Made by a program: the position numbers and the translations under genes
Shown here: positions 40,248-55,350 of the stretch, piece by piece
Numbering within the stretch: position 1 is the first letter of the stretch
Layout of the letters: the number at the start of each line of letters is the position of its first letter
Notes under the pieces: model-generated
What the model was told of the DNA's origin: nothing
Seen by the model: only the letters and a program-made list of their open reading frames with translations
Database searches by the model: none
From: the human T2T-CHM13v2.0 reference genome, Homo sapiens
Reading direction: 5' to 3' (one strand)
Assembly (NCBI RefSeq): GCF_009914755.1
Contig: NC_060930.1
Length of the DNA: 64,000 nt

Positions 40248-40361
40248 CTTGATGTCTTGAGACCTGTATACCTCATCCATATTCTGGCCAAGTACCTGAT
40301 AAGTCTTGATCTCTTGAGACCTGTATACCTTATCCATATTCTAGCCAAGTACCTGATAAGT
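40248..40361. repeat. 57-bp tandem duplication (2 copies, 3 mismatches)
   Basis: 40248-40304 versus 40305-40361. Confidence 0.95.
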
Positions 40362-40984
40362 CCACCCACATCCCAGAATGACAAGGAGGATCAGGGTCAA
40401 AGAAAATCATGACATGTATATCTAAAAAGCAAACAGGGAAACACGGTGCAGAATTTGTAATGATACTCTTTCCTAAGTTCTTAGTCTATTGTTCTGAAAT
40501 GTTGAATTCTCTCTACATGACAGAGTATGGCTTGCACTCAACATCTGACCCTCTTATGGTAACATCATGTTGTCCTAAGAGCAATCACTTGCTCAATAAC
40601 AGGTTGCCTCTATGGCAGAGGATCAGAATGTTTTTTAAAGGGCTTTTCAGCAGTAGGGTTGCTACCATAGAAATGTAAAACTGCAGGAAAATAGCTGCAT
40701 CAAAGACAGGGTCATTAAGAAGATACTAGAAAGGAATTTGCTTCTGATAAAGCCCGTTGTTTGCTTTTTCACTATACACCCACTGAACAAGGACGTTTGG
40801 GACTAGAGCAACAGAAAAGCATGCTGCATGCATTCAGATCAATGGAAATCAAAGTAAGATTACTAAAATTGCACACTATGGATTTATTAATTAGTTGAGA
40901 AAAACAGCAACAAATACTAGTGGAGATATCACAAAATTTCCTGGAGAGACTTAGATGCAAACATTCCATCCACCCAATGGTTAT

Positions 40985-41160
40985 GTAACTGTAGAGTAAG
41001 TTACCTAAGCTCTACAAGGCTTAGTTTTTGCAACTATCTCCTTCATAGGGTTGTTACCTAATAATGCCTCCCACATAGAGTTATTTTGAAAAATTAACAT
41101 AAATAACATAGAAGATGTAACTAATAAAGTAGTTGGTACATGGATGGTGCCCAAAATATG
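40985..41160 (+). mobile_element. MIR SINE
   Basis: AAGTTACCTAA.CTCT...CATAGGGTTGTT...GGTACATGGA.GGTGC.CAA. Confidence 0.6.
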
Positions 41161-41351
41161 TCGAATTTGTATAGTATTTTTATATAAAGTAATGCAATGG
41201 AATTTGTTAGGAGCAAGATGTAGCTGTTACCTCTCTACTTCCAAATGTATGTGTTTGATGACCCAGGGACCATTCAGAGCAGGAAGATGGGACAAAGCTG
41301 ACCAGAAAACAGGCCAGATAATTGTTTTTTTTGTTTTTCAAGTTTTAGTAA

Positions 41352-41729
<378 letters not shown>

Positions 41730-43464
41730 TGATTCCCTTTTCTCCAGCACTGAGGCTCAAAACCCCCAAAGTATCTTTGACCTCTTCTTGTTCCATTGTA
41801 CAGGTTGTCCACCTAGGAGATTTTATCAAAAATTCTCTAACACAAGGATAGAAGATTTTAAGGAGTTTTAGAGGAATAAATTGTAGCTTTTAAAATCAGG
41901 CCATCTGGAAAGTGGTTCTACTTATGAAATCTCCAGGAATGAAGTTGTTGGCCATAAAGGAACTGTTTTGATCCACTTTAAATATAAGCCTAAGGGCTTA
42001 GATGCTGCTGTAAAGCAAAATGTTAATAAAAGTTAGCTGATAATTTTGCTGAACATTTGTATTGAACTTTAAAGAGAAAGTGTTTTTGTAGAAAGTAAAG
42101 AGAAAGTGAACAATATTCCAGAAGAGCAAATGCTAGTCAGGAAACCTTAAAGTTATGAGACACCAAAGGAACCCTGGCATGTTTCAGGACTATGTTCTAA
42201 TTTGCTCCATATCTCAGGAGCAGTGCTGTTTGATTTTTGGATGCTGCCCAATAGTATCAGTGTAGTAAGAACGGCATAGATACACAGGGCCAATTACCCA
42301 GTGTTTTTAACTTCAGCATTCCATTTTGTCTCCTCTAGCCTTCTTATTGCTTTGTCCCCTGGGAAGTACTAGTGATGTTTTCCATGCTGGGGAGCTGTCA
42401 GTTAAGTGGTTCATTTTTTTATTATTTCACATCAAATGTCTATGAAAATAACTTTTTGACCCAAGATCATTACGTAATGTGCTTTGATTTACTTCTACAG
42501 AAGTGCAAAGGGTGGCATTTAGAGCACCCGAGCAATGGTGGTATAAGGGTCATGTTTGTGTCATGCAGTAGATAATGTCTCATCTAAGCACCACTTTTAC
42601 CAGGAGCTGTACAAGCTCTCTACATCTGTGCCTGTTTAGATTTATTCTCCATTTTTTTTCTGTCTGAGCAAATACATTATCTGCAGGGGAAAATATGAAT
42701 ATATTAGTCTTGCCAGAGTGAGGCTATACTCCTGTGAAAACAAGATGATCTAAATCAGCAGTGGAAGATTCCAGAGTGTGGATTGGAAGGGGGCTTGCAG
42801 ACAGATATGCTGCATCAAAGGAAATTACCAGCAGCCTCAACCTTGCTGCAGCAGAAGGCCTTTCAGAGAAATAAACCATTTTCATTTTTGATTTACAAAA
42901 TATTTTAGGGGAATTTTATCTGTAATCATGGAGAAGACAATTTTGAACACATACGAGTTTTTCTTTCATGAGTGAGGTGATGAGTTTTCAGGACGGGCGC
43001 CATGTATTTACTCATTTTCTGGTAAAAAAAAAAAAAAAAAAATGCCGCAAGATGTCACCACTTAGTGGAGAAGAAAGTGATCTGAAGCAATGCTACCCTA
43101 GGAAACTAATGCATATCCATACCCAGGCTGAGAAAACAGCTTTAGGAAGAAGAAATAAATTTTATGTATACTACTGAAACATCTCTGACTGTGCAATAAT
43201 TTAAAAGTACAGCAAAGTTTCATTTTTAAAAAGTCATCTAGAGTGCTGCTGTACATGTAGAAACTGTTCAATAAATATTTAATACTGAACTCATTGTCAT
43301 GGAATAAACTGTGGTCCAAATAGTTTAATAAATATAAGGGAAAAAAATTATAAAGTACATTTTAAAAGCTGAGAAAAACTTGAGGCTGCTTAAAGTTTCA
43401 ACTGGATTGATTTCAGAACTCCCAGGAGGAAAATGCACCACAACATGTAGAAGAAACAGAAGAC

Positions 43465-43872
43465 GGCCGGGCGTGGTGGCTTACACATGTAATCCAAGCA
43501 CTTTGAGAGGCCGAGGGGGGTGGATCACCTGAGGTCAGGAGTTCGAGACTAGTCTGGCCAAAATGGCAAAACCCCGTCTCTACTAAAAATACAAAAATTA
43601 GTGGGACGTGGTGGCAGGTGCCTGTAATCCCAGCTACTCAGGAGGCTGACGCAGGAGAATTGCTTCGACGCAGGAGAATTGCTTCAATCCAGGAGGCAGA
43701 GGTTGCAGTGAGCTAAGATCGTGCCACTGCACTCCAACCTGGGTGACAGAAAGAGACTCTATCTCAAGAAAGAAAAGAGAGAGAAGAGAAGAGAAGAGGA
43801 GAGGAGAGGATAGGAGAAAAGAGAGGAGAGGATAACAGAAGAGAATAGAGGAGAGGAGAGGAGAGAAGAGAG
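43465..43872 (+). mobile_element. AluSx-like with internal 19-bp duplication and (GAGAG/GAGAA)n tail
   Basis: GGATCACCTGAGGTCAGGAGTTCGAGAC; polypurine tail 43766-43872. Confidence 0.94.
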
Positions 43873-45119
43873 GGCCAGCAAGAGTGGAATAGTGGAATAT
43901 TTTCTAGTCACATATTATAACAGACATTAGAAATAAATAATTTTAGGGAAAAAATGTAATCAGTTCTAATTGGAAAAGAAGCTATTGTATGCCTATCAGT
44001 TTGTTATACTCTAGGGAGAGAGAAACAAAACCTAGACCTTACTCTAGAGGATCTTATAGCCAAAACCTATTTCTTGAGTTTAAGGCACATCCTAACAGAT
44101 GGAAAAATCAGAGGTATTGGAAACAGGTGTCTCTTCCTAAACATTAGTCAGGTATATTTTAAACTACAAGTTTCCATTAAAATAATGTTTCTTAGAAACT
44201 AGATTTTGATGTAACATATTTTGCACCCTTAAATGAGAAAAGAAGACTCCTAGAAAAAGAGACTATGATAACTCACAGCCCAAAGCGAATAAAAACTGCT
44301 AAACCTTAATATCCATTATTTGGATAACTACAAGGGTAGTTATTTTTAAGGGTAGATAAAATAATAACTACACGGGTAGTTCAAATATCTTGTCCATGAA
44401 TAATAACCTTTTTAAAGAAGAGAAAAAGTTTTACACAAAAAATCTGGACTGTCTTTCCAGCCCTTCCTACTCAGTATGACTTGTATTCACTATGGAAAAA
44501 CTATAAAAGAAGATTTTTTTTTCCTTTGGAGAAAATGTAATTTTTAAATCAATATTGAAATGATCCTCTCTTACTGAATTCTGGAATGAACTAATGTAAT
44601 ATCAGTAACGGGGATGGATTCCAAGCCCTTTCAGTTTTGTTAGGGGACCTGATTACTTTGAGGTTTGCTGTGGGCACAGCGTTTGTACGCATGCATGAAA
44701 CCCCATGCTGTGTTGGATTCTACATTCGGAAATATAAAAATAAAGTGGTAAAGTAGTTCCCTTTGTTTCTGCTTTGAACTAAACAAGTTAAAATATCCTG
44801 GGGGCGGGGGCTGGGTGGAAATGACTGAAATGGAAGGGGAAAGAAAGATGGTTTGAGTTACAGTTTTTTCTTTGCTGTGTGTGTGTATGTGCGCGTGCGC
44901 GCATGTGTGTGTGTTATTGCCAGGACTTTTCAATATTACATGTGGCCTTAGCATTTCTCCCTTATTTGTGAATGCTCTATACCAGCCATTTCTTTCATCC
45001 TCAACTTGACCTCTTTTAAAATCTTTTCTCTTAAATCTCCTTGATTTCTTCTTTTAAATTTTTCTCTCTTCTTTAGTCTACCTCCCTCCTCTTCCTCTAC
45101 ATTTAAGACCCAATTGGTG

Positions 45120-45397
<278 letters not shown>

Positions 45398-45922
45398 TTA
45401 TGAAGGTAGAAGAGTTTATAGGGGGTCCAGTTAAAGAGCATATGATTCTTTTGTACCATTCCGGTTAATACTCTGTTTTACTCAATATATTGGACTAAAT
45501 ACACATCAAGGAACTTGATAAAGATAGATTCAATAATAAAGTGTATATTTACCTGTCTCTAGCATCTTGTTGCACTTAAATAAGTAATTGTAATCCACAT
45601 GTTCTGTGTTGCCAAAATCGTTCTGTTAAAATCTTACTGTGTTAGCTTTAAAATAGTTGAGATTAAAAAATTTGCTGAGGAAAGCGTTTTGTTTTTTTTT
45701 TTTCAATTTATAGGTCATTCTTTCCTCTTTAAATAGAGTCTCGAATATACCTTTAAAAGTCTCTTCCTTTAAAATTATTGCCAGAACTCTTCAGTCCAGA
45801 ACTATTTCTGAAACTCTACGACCCAACATCCTCCTTAGAGCTCAGGACAGATAGAGGTGCCTGCCTCTGGAATATTTCAGTGCGTGTCATAGATTAAGTG
45901 CCCTGGAAATAGTGTGACATGG

Positions 45923-46206
45923 TGTATTTGTCAGCTTGGGCCACCATAACAAAATGCCACCGACTTGGTGGCTTAAACAATAGAAATTCATTTTCTCACA
46001 GTTCTGAAGACTAAATGTTAATGATCACGGTGCCAGCTGGTTTTGGGCCTGGTGAGGACCCTCTTTCTGGTTTGGAGATGGCTGCCTTCTTCTTAAGACC
46101 TCATATGGCCTTTCTTCAGTGTGTGTATTCAGAGACAGGGAGAGAGCTCTTTGCTGCCTCCTTTTATAATGACACGAATCCTAGAAGATCAGGGCCATGA
46201 CCTTAT
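45923..46206 (-). mobile_element. MLT1A-like LTR, partial
   Basis: TGTATT.GTCAGCT.GGGC..CCATAACAAAAT.CCAC.GACT.GGTGGCTTAAACAA.AGAAATT.ATTTTCTCACAGTTCTG. Confidence 0.85.
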
Positions 46207-49200
46207 GGAGGAGCATTCTTGGGGTTACACCTGTAAGGAACTGAAGAAGACAGGGATGGGCAAAAGTGCTGACATGCAATGTGGTTGCCATTAAGACTTC
46301 CACCTGCCTAAGGAGAGCTCTAGAACTGGGATAGTCCTTCAAGTTAGCCCCAAGTCACAGAAAAGGGTTGGCTGTTCACGTTCTCACAACAGTCACTAGT
46401 CAGAAACTGCCCTGGGAAAGGGCATAAACTTGATTATTGCAGCTCCATGTGTCCAAATACAATTCCCTGTGAAGGATGCAGCCATGACCTATCAGTAATT
46501 GATATGCCCAGCAGCTCAGGGAGGGGTGCATTGGTCCTGGGAATGCAATGTGAGTGAAGTACTGCAATATCCCTTGCATTCTCCAATTTGCTTATTTTTT
46601 ATAGAAAGTTAGCCCCATCTGGAAAGAGCTTTCTCAGGGTGCTGGTTGGTCTTACTTCTGGGAGAATGTAGAAGAAAGTGGGAGGAAACAACCTGTATTG
46701 TTGCACAGTTAATCTCAAGGCCATAACTGACCCTCATCATCCTCTCCTCCAGCACTCATCTTAGATTGTTTTCACCTTGCCTGGCCCCTCTGTTGGTCCA
46801 GCTGGTGGCTTGCCACGTGGGGGACCTAGGCCCTTATCCCCAAGGGGTCTGAGTCCCAGTAGTTATTATGTCCTTCTCAGATAATGGATACTGTACCTTT
46901 CCGTTTAACATTAAAACTGGACAACAGAGCACCAAGAGATGTTTTAGTAGGTCACCTGAGCTCAAGCACTTTCCACCCCATCCCCATTGTACAGCAGCAG
47001 CCCTGCCTCCTCCTGCTGATCTGAGCTGACCACCCACTGAAATGGTGACTCCTTCACTTGATTGCCGGCCCCTTGACATGAGAAGACCAAAATAACCATA
47101 TGAAAGAACTAGCTTAAACTGTAATAGGACTCTACTGTATCCTCTAGTGGAAAGCACTACCATTCTGAGAACCAAGATCTTTAGACTCACGGAGACTATA
47201 ACTGTGGTAACAGAAATTACAAATGCCCTAGAGAAAACTGGGGTGATGGAAAGCAACACCACTTCTAATTCCATCTGTTGGTTCCCAGATCCATGTATTC
47301 TAGCCTAAAGCAGATACAGAACAACATAATAGTCATTGATTTTCAGTGAATACCACGTCCTGAAGTGAATATCATCCTCACAGGGTATGGTTTCCGACCA
47401 GGGACCTCAGTTGCACGTTTTAAACATGACTTTACCAGTGTATCAGATTGACAGGTTTTGGTTTGTGAGAATAATGATATAAAACAAATGGAGCGTGTAG
47501 TCACACATCCTCTACTGCAACTACACCTCATTTGTTATCATTTGATTCTCTTGGTCTAAGGACAGGTTACACAGTATCCTGTACCAGCAGACAAAATCTT
47601 CAAAAATCTGCAGCTAGTGATATTAGCAATGGCCTTGCAGTGGGAAATAAATACTCACACCCAAACTATCTGTGGATTCCATTAAGGATAAATCACTGCT
47701 TCTTCAGGGGTAGGAGAGGTCCATCGTAGTCAACTTTCTGGTAAGCTCCATTCCTTGGGTAAAGTGTGTCATACCAAGGGCTAAATATTGGTCTCTGATA
47801 TTGCAAGCTGGACTTTTGGCAGAGGCTATAGCAAAATCATTATTGTTGAGAGAAAGCCCGTGCAACTCGGCTTTCACAACCACTTCTGCCACCATGGCTA
47901 CTTCATTTATGTGCCAATTATGCCAGCCCTGTGACTGATTGATAGGGACTGGCTGATGTCAACTAGCCACATGAAAAAGAAGTGATTGGTTCATTGGAGG
48001 CATTGCTTGACTAGTGCCTCTGGTGGGTTAACCTGTGATACAGAGATCGTCATTCTGTGCCCACTCCCATAGGTCTATCCATGTGCCTCTTCTTCTGATC
48101 TTTTGGTCCCTGAGCTTCTAATCTTTCTCTTTTCAAATTCCAGACCAAGCATCCAGGACATTAACCAGGGATTTTAATCCTCCTTCCTGATAGAATGGAA
48201 AAAAAATGCATCTCTCAGTGGGTCTGTATAATATTTCACAGGCTGTGATGTTCTCCTCTAGTAAAGATACGCCATCTGACAAAGCAACTGCAATTAGAGC
48301 CACTGCTTGGTACAGTTTATGGTAATCCACTGTAAATTGTCATTATCCATCCATTCCTAGTAAAGGCTAGACTGGTGAATCTCAATGAGGATATGACAGG
48401 AAATACTAGTCCTACATTCTTTAAATATTTTAAAATAACGTTTATCTCTTCCTGTCCCCCCGTGATCTGCTATTGTTTTTGATTTGCTATTTTTCCTGAG
48501 CAGTGGGTCAGTTTCAAAGCATTATACTATATACTTTCAGTGCTCTTTCCCCTACCTTCATCCTTGGACCAAGAAAACAATAGGAAAATTCTGCCAACTA
48601 CCACCTCTAGCCATCCCAAATGTAAATTCAAAATCTATGAAAATAAAAATCAACAGAGTCTTTAAACCCAGCGGACTCATTATAAGTTGTGCCTGGGCCA
48701 GGAATTCATTTATTATCTGGCTTCCATATATCCCCACTCAGACAGGAGGGCTAAGTTATCAATGGGTATTAATGTCAATTCAGACTCTATGTCTCATAAT
48801 CCTGGAAATGTGTAGTTATTTCCCATTTGCCAATGCATGATTATCTAAGCAAATGACTAGAGATACCTTTGGGGAATAGTGGGGAAACAGCTATTGAATA
48901 TGCTTGTCACAGTGTTGTAAGGTCCTGGTGGAGACATGACTTTTTCGTCAGTAAAGAGATTCCATATCTGAGAATTATCTAGGTCCAGAATCTGTCAGCT
49001 GCATTTGGATTTCTGATCATCCATCCCTGATTTCCTTTGATTGCACGAATAAAGTAAAAGTCTTGTTACTTGCCCATCTATCTTGTCCCTGAAATCACAA
49101 TGTTCTCTTAACCACCTCCAGTTCTCTGTGGATTGGGACCCCTAGCTACCACTTTGATCTTTCCATTCATTGCAATAACTGCCTCTCCAGTAATTGTTTC

Positions 49201-50930
49201 TGTCTATTAAGTACTTTACATGGTCTGTATTATTATAGAACCCTATCATCACCATTGTTTACAAGGAGTCCAGTTTGTAGAGGACAGACACAGTAGAGCT
49301 TCTAAATGATGAAGTTCTGGCATCCCTCTCAAAAGCACATTCTCTGTTCAGTAAATGGAATGTTATGTTGCAGAACTTATTAGGCAAGTAGGTTTTCCAA
49401 CCTTGCACAGTATATCTACTCCAGGATACTATTTTCAGAGCCTTTTAGTTCTTTCTTCCTTTGTCTGCCCTGACAGTTTGATCATATCCACTTCATTCAA
49501 TGCGAGACATCACTTTTTAAAATTTCTAAGAGCACTTGCCAGTGTGTTAAACTCTGTATCACAGAAGAGCATCCTGTATCAATTGGTTGCCCCTTGATCC
49601 AACATCACGGGAGAGCTCTGCTATGCACATGCTTCCAGCTCTCGCTGGTACATAGTAACAGATCACACTGCTCCATTGATATATAGGTCCTCTCTTCCCT
49701 TCCCAGGTCTGGCACACCTCACCAAGTTGTGCTGCAATTTAACCTCTGTTTTGGTCTGATTGTGAGGAAGAGTGATAGAAGTAAATCTTAATTGGGAACA
49801 AGCATTGTTCTATAAGACATCTACCTCATCTGAGATTTATGATCCTCAAGCAAAGGCAAGGATAGGAGGATGGGTTAGAGGGAGTTACCTTCTAAAAAGG
49901 GGAATTAGGCAATTCTATAGGCCCAGAAAAATAAGAATAATTTATGTGTTCAAGGTTGAGCTGATCCCAATTCTCAAGGTCTCACTCTTTCCTTATTAGG
50001 GCCCTAACCTTGGTTTAAAAAAATCCATCAGGTCTCAGAATTCAACCTTTTTCTGGATGTCAACTACTCTTATGATTAAGTTCTGATCAAGGTCCTTCAT
50101 CTTTTTGCCCTCTGGTAAGAAGGCAAAAGATGAGATTCTCCAGTTGTTGCGGGGTTTTTTGTTTGTTTTTAATGTTGCCTATAATAGGTAATTGATCACC
50201 CTGAGCCTGTAATTATATCTTTTCAACAAATCAGTGGAGCTCCAGTAACCTAATTCCATGGTCCTTATAGTTTTCCCTTTTCTCTCTTGACAGCCAAAAA
50301 TAACGCATCTGTCAATGTATCTCCTTCCACAGGTATCTGGTCACAGTTCACTACAGGTGAAAATTTTAACAGTCGCATCAGTGCAACATGCCAGGAGCAA
50401 TTCAAACACCACCCACCACCACTGATAGGGTCCTAGTGCCATATAGCTGGCAAGTGATCCATCTCCCAAATTCCATTTTAGATTCTGCTTCCTAGGACTG
50501 ATACCATTACCTGCCTTCACCTGTGAGGCGGAGAATCATGTGCTGAAATATATTGAGAAGTGATCTCAGGAGGTACAGCTGCCAGGAAGTAAAAGCAGAG
50601 GTATTGGGCAGAGGAAAATTCTGACCTACAATGCAGTTGCCACTGAGATTTCAGAAAAACTTAAGAGAAGATCTGGAAATGGGAAGATCCTTCAACGTTG
50701 CCTCAAATAGGTATGAGGTGGGGCCTTAGCATTTTCACTTTCATTGTTGTTCACTGTTGGCCACAGGGTGCCCCCTGCAAGCAGGAGGAGCTGTTACCTT
50801 GAGCAACATAGTTCCCAGAGGCTGAGGGCAATTTCCACTGAAGGACACAGCTGCCAGCCATCAGCAAGTGGGAGATGGGTGCATGGGCTCTGAAGGGAGA
50901 AACTGGGTGGAATATCACAACATCCACTAA
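46207..50930 (-). mobile_element. Decayed ERVL provirus: LTR16-like 3' LTR (~46207-46578), HERV16/ERV3-16A3-like internal region, LTR16-like 5' LTR (~50510-50930)
   Basis: Two homologous LTRs; PBS-like TGGTATCAG...AGGAAGCAGA on the minus strand at ~50480-50507; minus-strand remnants in retroviral order: protease DIESELTLIP (~48765-48795), RT DYHKLYQAVALIAVALSDGVSLLE (48330), IN zinc-finger region HGLSLNNNDFAIASAKSPAC (~47860), C-terminal KLVLSYGYFGLLM (~47100). Confidence 0.85.
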
Positions 50931-50934
50931 ATTA

Positions 50935-51275
50935 TTTCTCATCCTTCATATTTAAGCTCAATCATCACTCTGTCTGGGAAGTGTCCCATGACCTTGACCC
51001 ATCCTCCTCCCCTGCCATACACCACAGGCTCTCAAACTAGGTCAGATCTCCCTATTACATACCTTCTTCACTTCCTGCACTATTCTTCATATAACTTATT
51101 CCACTTTTAGTTATAGGTTCATTGCTGTGATTATTTGGTTAAAATCTTTCTTCACCATTAAATTGTAAGCTCCTAAAGGGAAAGACTCTAATAGTTTTGT
51201 CCACCCTTGAACCTCCAGTGCCCAGCAGAGGATCTGTTATATATTAGTGCTCATTTGATACTTATTTCAATGAAT
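50935..51275 (+). mobile_element. L2 3' end
   Basis: AAATTGTAAGCTCC..AAGGG.A.AGAC...CCAGTGCCCAGCA...GTGCTCA...TGAAT. Confidence 0.75.
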
Positions 51276-51539
51276 ATTACATTGGTGAATGACTATCATA
51301 GATGATGTATGTAGCTCACTGTAACAATGACATCATTATATAGTAAACTCTCCTCAATGGATATTGTAAAGAATGGATTTCTGCAAGGAAGTATAGCAGC
51401 TTTCCTCTGAGTATTGTATTCCTGGACAAAATTTGCAGCTTCAGAGAGAATGAGACAGCAACCTAACTAGTCAGAGTGTCTTGATAACTTCTGAAATCAA
51501 GATTATATTTGATTAACTAGTATTATATTTTAAAAGAGC

Positions 51540-52795
51540 ATGTACTGACAACACCAAATGCTGCAAAAGGATATGGCAGCAGGAACTCTCCTTCACTGCT
51601 GGTGGGAATGCAAGATGACTCAGCCACTTTGGAAGACAGTTTGGCTGTTTCTTACAAAATTAAATACAGTCTTATCACACATTCCAGCAACTGCGCTCTT
51701 TTCACTTTCCTCAAATTGGTTGAAAATGTGTGTCCCCCAAAAAAAAAAAAACCTTCACACACATGCTTACAGCACTTCTATTCATAATTGCCAAAACTGG
51801 AAAGTAACCAGGATGTCCTCCAATAGATGAATGGATAACTAAACTGTGGTACACCCAAAAGGGGAAATAGTATTCAGCACTAAGAAGAAAATAGCTATCA
51901 ATCCATGAAAAAAAAAAACATGGGAGAAACTTAAATGTACATTACTAAACAAAAGAACAAAGCCATCTGAAAAAGCTACATACTGCAGGATTCCGACTCG
52001 ATGACACTCTGAGAAAGGCAAAACAATGGAGACAGTAAAAAGATAAGTGATTGCCAGGAGTTTAGAGAGAGGACTGAGTAGGTGGAGCACAGAGGATTTT
52101 TAGGGCAATGAAACTACTCTGTATGATACTGTAATGGTGGATACACATCATCATACATTTATCCAAACCCATAGAGCATACAAGTGAACTCTAATGTAAA
52201 CTATAGACTTTGGGTGACGATGTGTCAATGTACATTCATCAATTGAAAAAATGTGCCATTCTGGTGGTGATTTTTTTTTAAGTTCAATTATTTTAAGTTC
52301 TGGGGTACATATGCAGAATATGCAGATTTGTTACATAGGTAAACCTGCACCATGGTGGTTTGCTGCACTGATAATCCCATCACCCAAGTATTAAGCCCAG
52401 CATCCACTAGCTTTTCTTCCTTACCCTTTCCCTCCTTCCATGCCCCACCCTCTAACAGGCCTCAGTGTGTGCTGTTTCCCTCAATGTGTCCGTGTGTTCT
52501 CATAATTTAATTCCCACTTATAAGTGAGAACATGCAGTATTCGGTTTTCTGTTCCTGAGTTAGTTTGCTAAGGATAATGGCCTCCAGCTCCATTTATGTT
52601 ACTGCGAAGGACATGATCTCATTCCTTTTTATAGCTGCATAGTATTCCACGGTGTAAATGTAGTCTGATGATGATGTTAACAGTCTGGAAGGCTGTGCAT
52701 GTGTAGGGGCATGGAGTATATGGGAAAGCTCGGCACCGTTTACTCAATATTGCTATGTGCATAAAACTGCTCTAAACAAATAAAATCTATTTTTT
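51540..52795 (+). mobile_element. L1MC1-like 3' end, interrupted by an L1PA fragment
   Basis: TGCTGGTGGGAATGCAA; AAACCCATAGA...CTAATGTAAACTAT.GACTTTGGGTGA; AAAACTGCTCTAAA.AAATAAA. Confidence 0.88.
52272..52663 (-). mobile_element. 5'-truncated L1PA 3' UTR
   Basis: TTTTAAGTTCTGGGGTACAT...CCCACTTATAAGTGAGAACATG...GCTGCATAGTATTCCA; degenerate TSD tctggtggtgat/tctgatgatgat. Confidence 0.9.
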
Positions 52796-52807
52796 AAAAA
52801 CAGTTGT

Positions 52808-53836
<1,029 letters not shown>

Positions 53837-55350
53837 ATTATGATGTTGATGAAATCATCAGTTGCTTTTAGACCATTTAAGAGGTTTAGGATGATATTTC
53901 ATGAGATACAAACAAGAAAGCTTGGTTATAAATTCTGTTTTGTTCTGTAGGAACATTTTAGAGGAGGAACTTCTTGAATAGAATTCACCTCAATATACCT
54001 CATAAGGCTCATACTTCCATTTTAAATATCTGCCACAAGAGACACAGTTTGGCATCTCTTATTCCTAAATCATGAATTTCCAGAGACTGTTGCTTCTAAC
54101 AATGGTTCTGTGTTTGTCTTCCATAAAGGTAAGAGATTTGTAAAAAGAACATTGATCTGAGCAGTCAATATCATGCTTTGTCTCCCTGAATTAAATGGTC
54201 ATGTTTAAAGATTAGTGTGGATTATGCACATCGCTAAAAGAAACTGGCAACTGGACCTGCCAAGGGTTCTGTTGTGTAATGTCATCTCACCTTCCCAATC
54301 GTAGTGAGTCATAATGAATTATCAAATGAGCCACATCTCAGAATCTCCTGGAGCACTAAGCTCCATATGCTGTCCTGCCGCTCATATCCCCCTTTTTAAC
54401 ATGAGATTTAGTATTTGCTGGGAGTTATAAAACTGAAAGCATACTTTTCCAATAAACACATGCATAGCATGACCTGTGTACTCACTGTTCTAAGTGCTTT
54501 ACAAACATTTAATAGGTGGGTTTTGGACACTATAATTGAAAAGACAGATTTCATATCATAAGACATCCAGGATAAAATGGAGTTGCTGATCATCTCCAAG
54601 TTAATCAGTTGCCAAGTTATTCCCCCAAGAAACTCTCAGTGCCAGGAACCCTGGAAGTATCTCCAGTGTTGCCCTCTTAGGTGACCTTGTGTCTGACGGC
54701 TCCTGACACTCAGCAAATTCACCATGTGAAGGTAACAGCAGGCTTCCTCTGATTTCACAACTGCTCAGATTGCGCTATCTTGTGGCTGTACCACAGTTCA
54801 TATGCTACAGACTTAAGACTCACAAACTGTGCCCACTTGCAGGCTAAATTATAATAGTGTCTGAATATGTAGGACTGATAAGTGTCCTGGGAACCCTGAC
54901 AGTGTGTTTTGATATTTTTGTGTTACTATTCCATGTTCCATGTTTCAACAAATTAGAGGGACGTTAAGATCAATGTTGCATACTTCCAGCTCCCCCCCAA
55001 AATAATAATCATCTTTTCTAAAAGTTTTTGTATTTTTCTGTTTTCTCTGCTACTCAACAAAGTATAATCATTCTGACCTGTTTTAAATTAACGGTGTTAT
55101 TGTTAAGTCCGGGATACTGTACCATTAAATATGAGCCAGTTATAGGCTAATAATTATATCCCAGATATTACTGCCCTTCATTGGGTTTTAATTGTAGCAT
55201 TGACCTCATAGTGGTGGCATATTCATACAATCTTGTTTTATTCAACTCTCTTGAGGCATAAGTTAGCTTATTAAAATTTTGTAGCTCTGGAGTTGCTATC
55301 ACTGAAGTTTCTCCCAGACCAGCAAGTGATGTGTAGCTGTGGCCAAAGTC

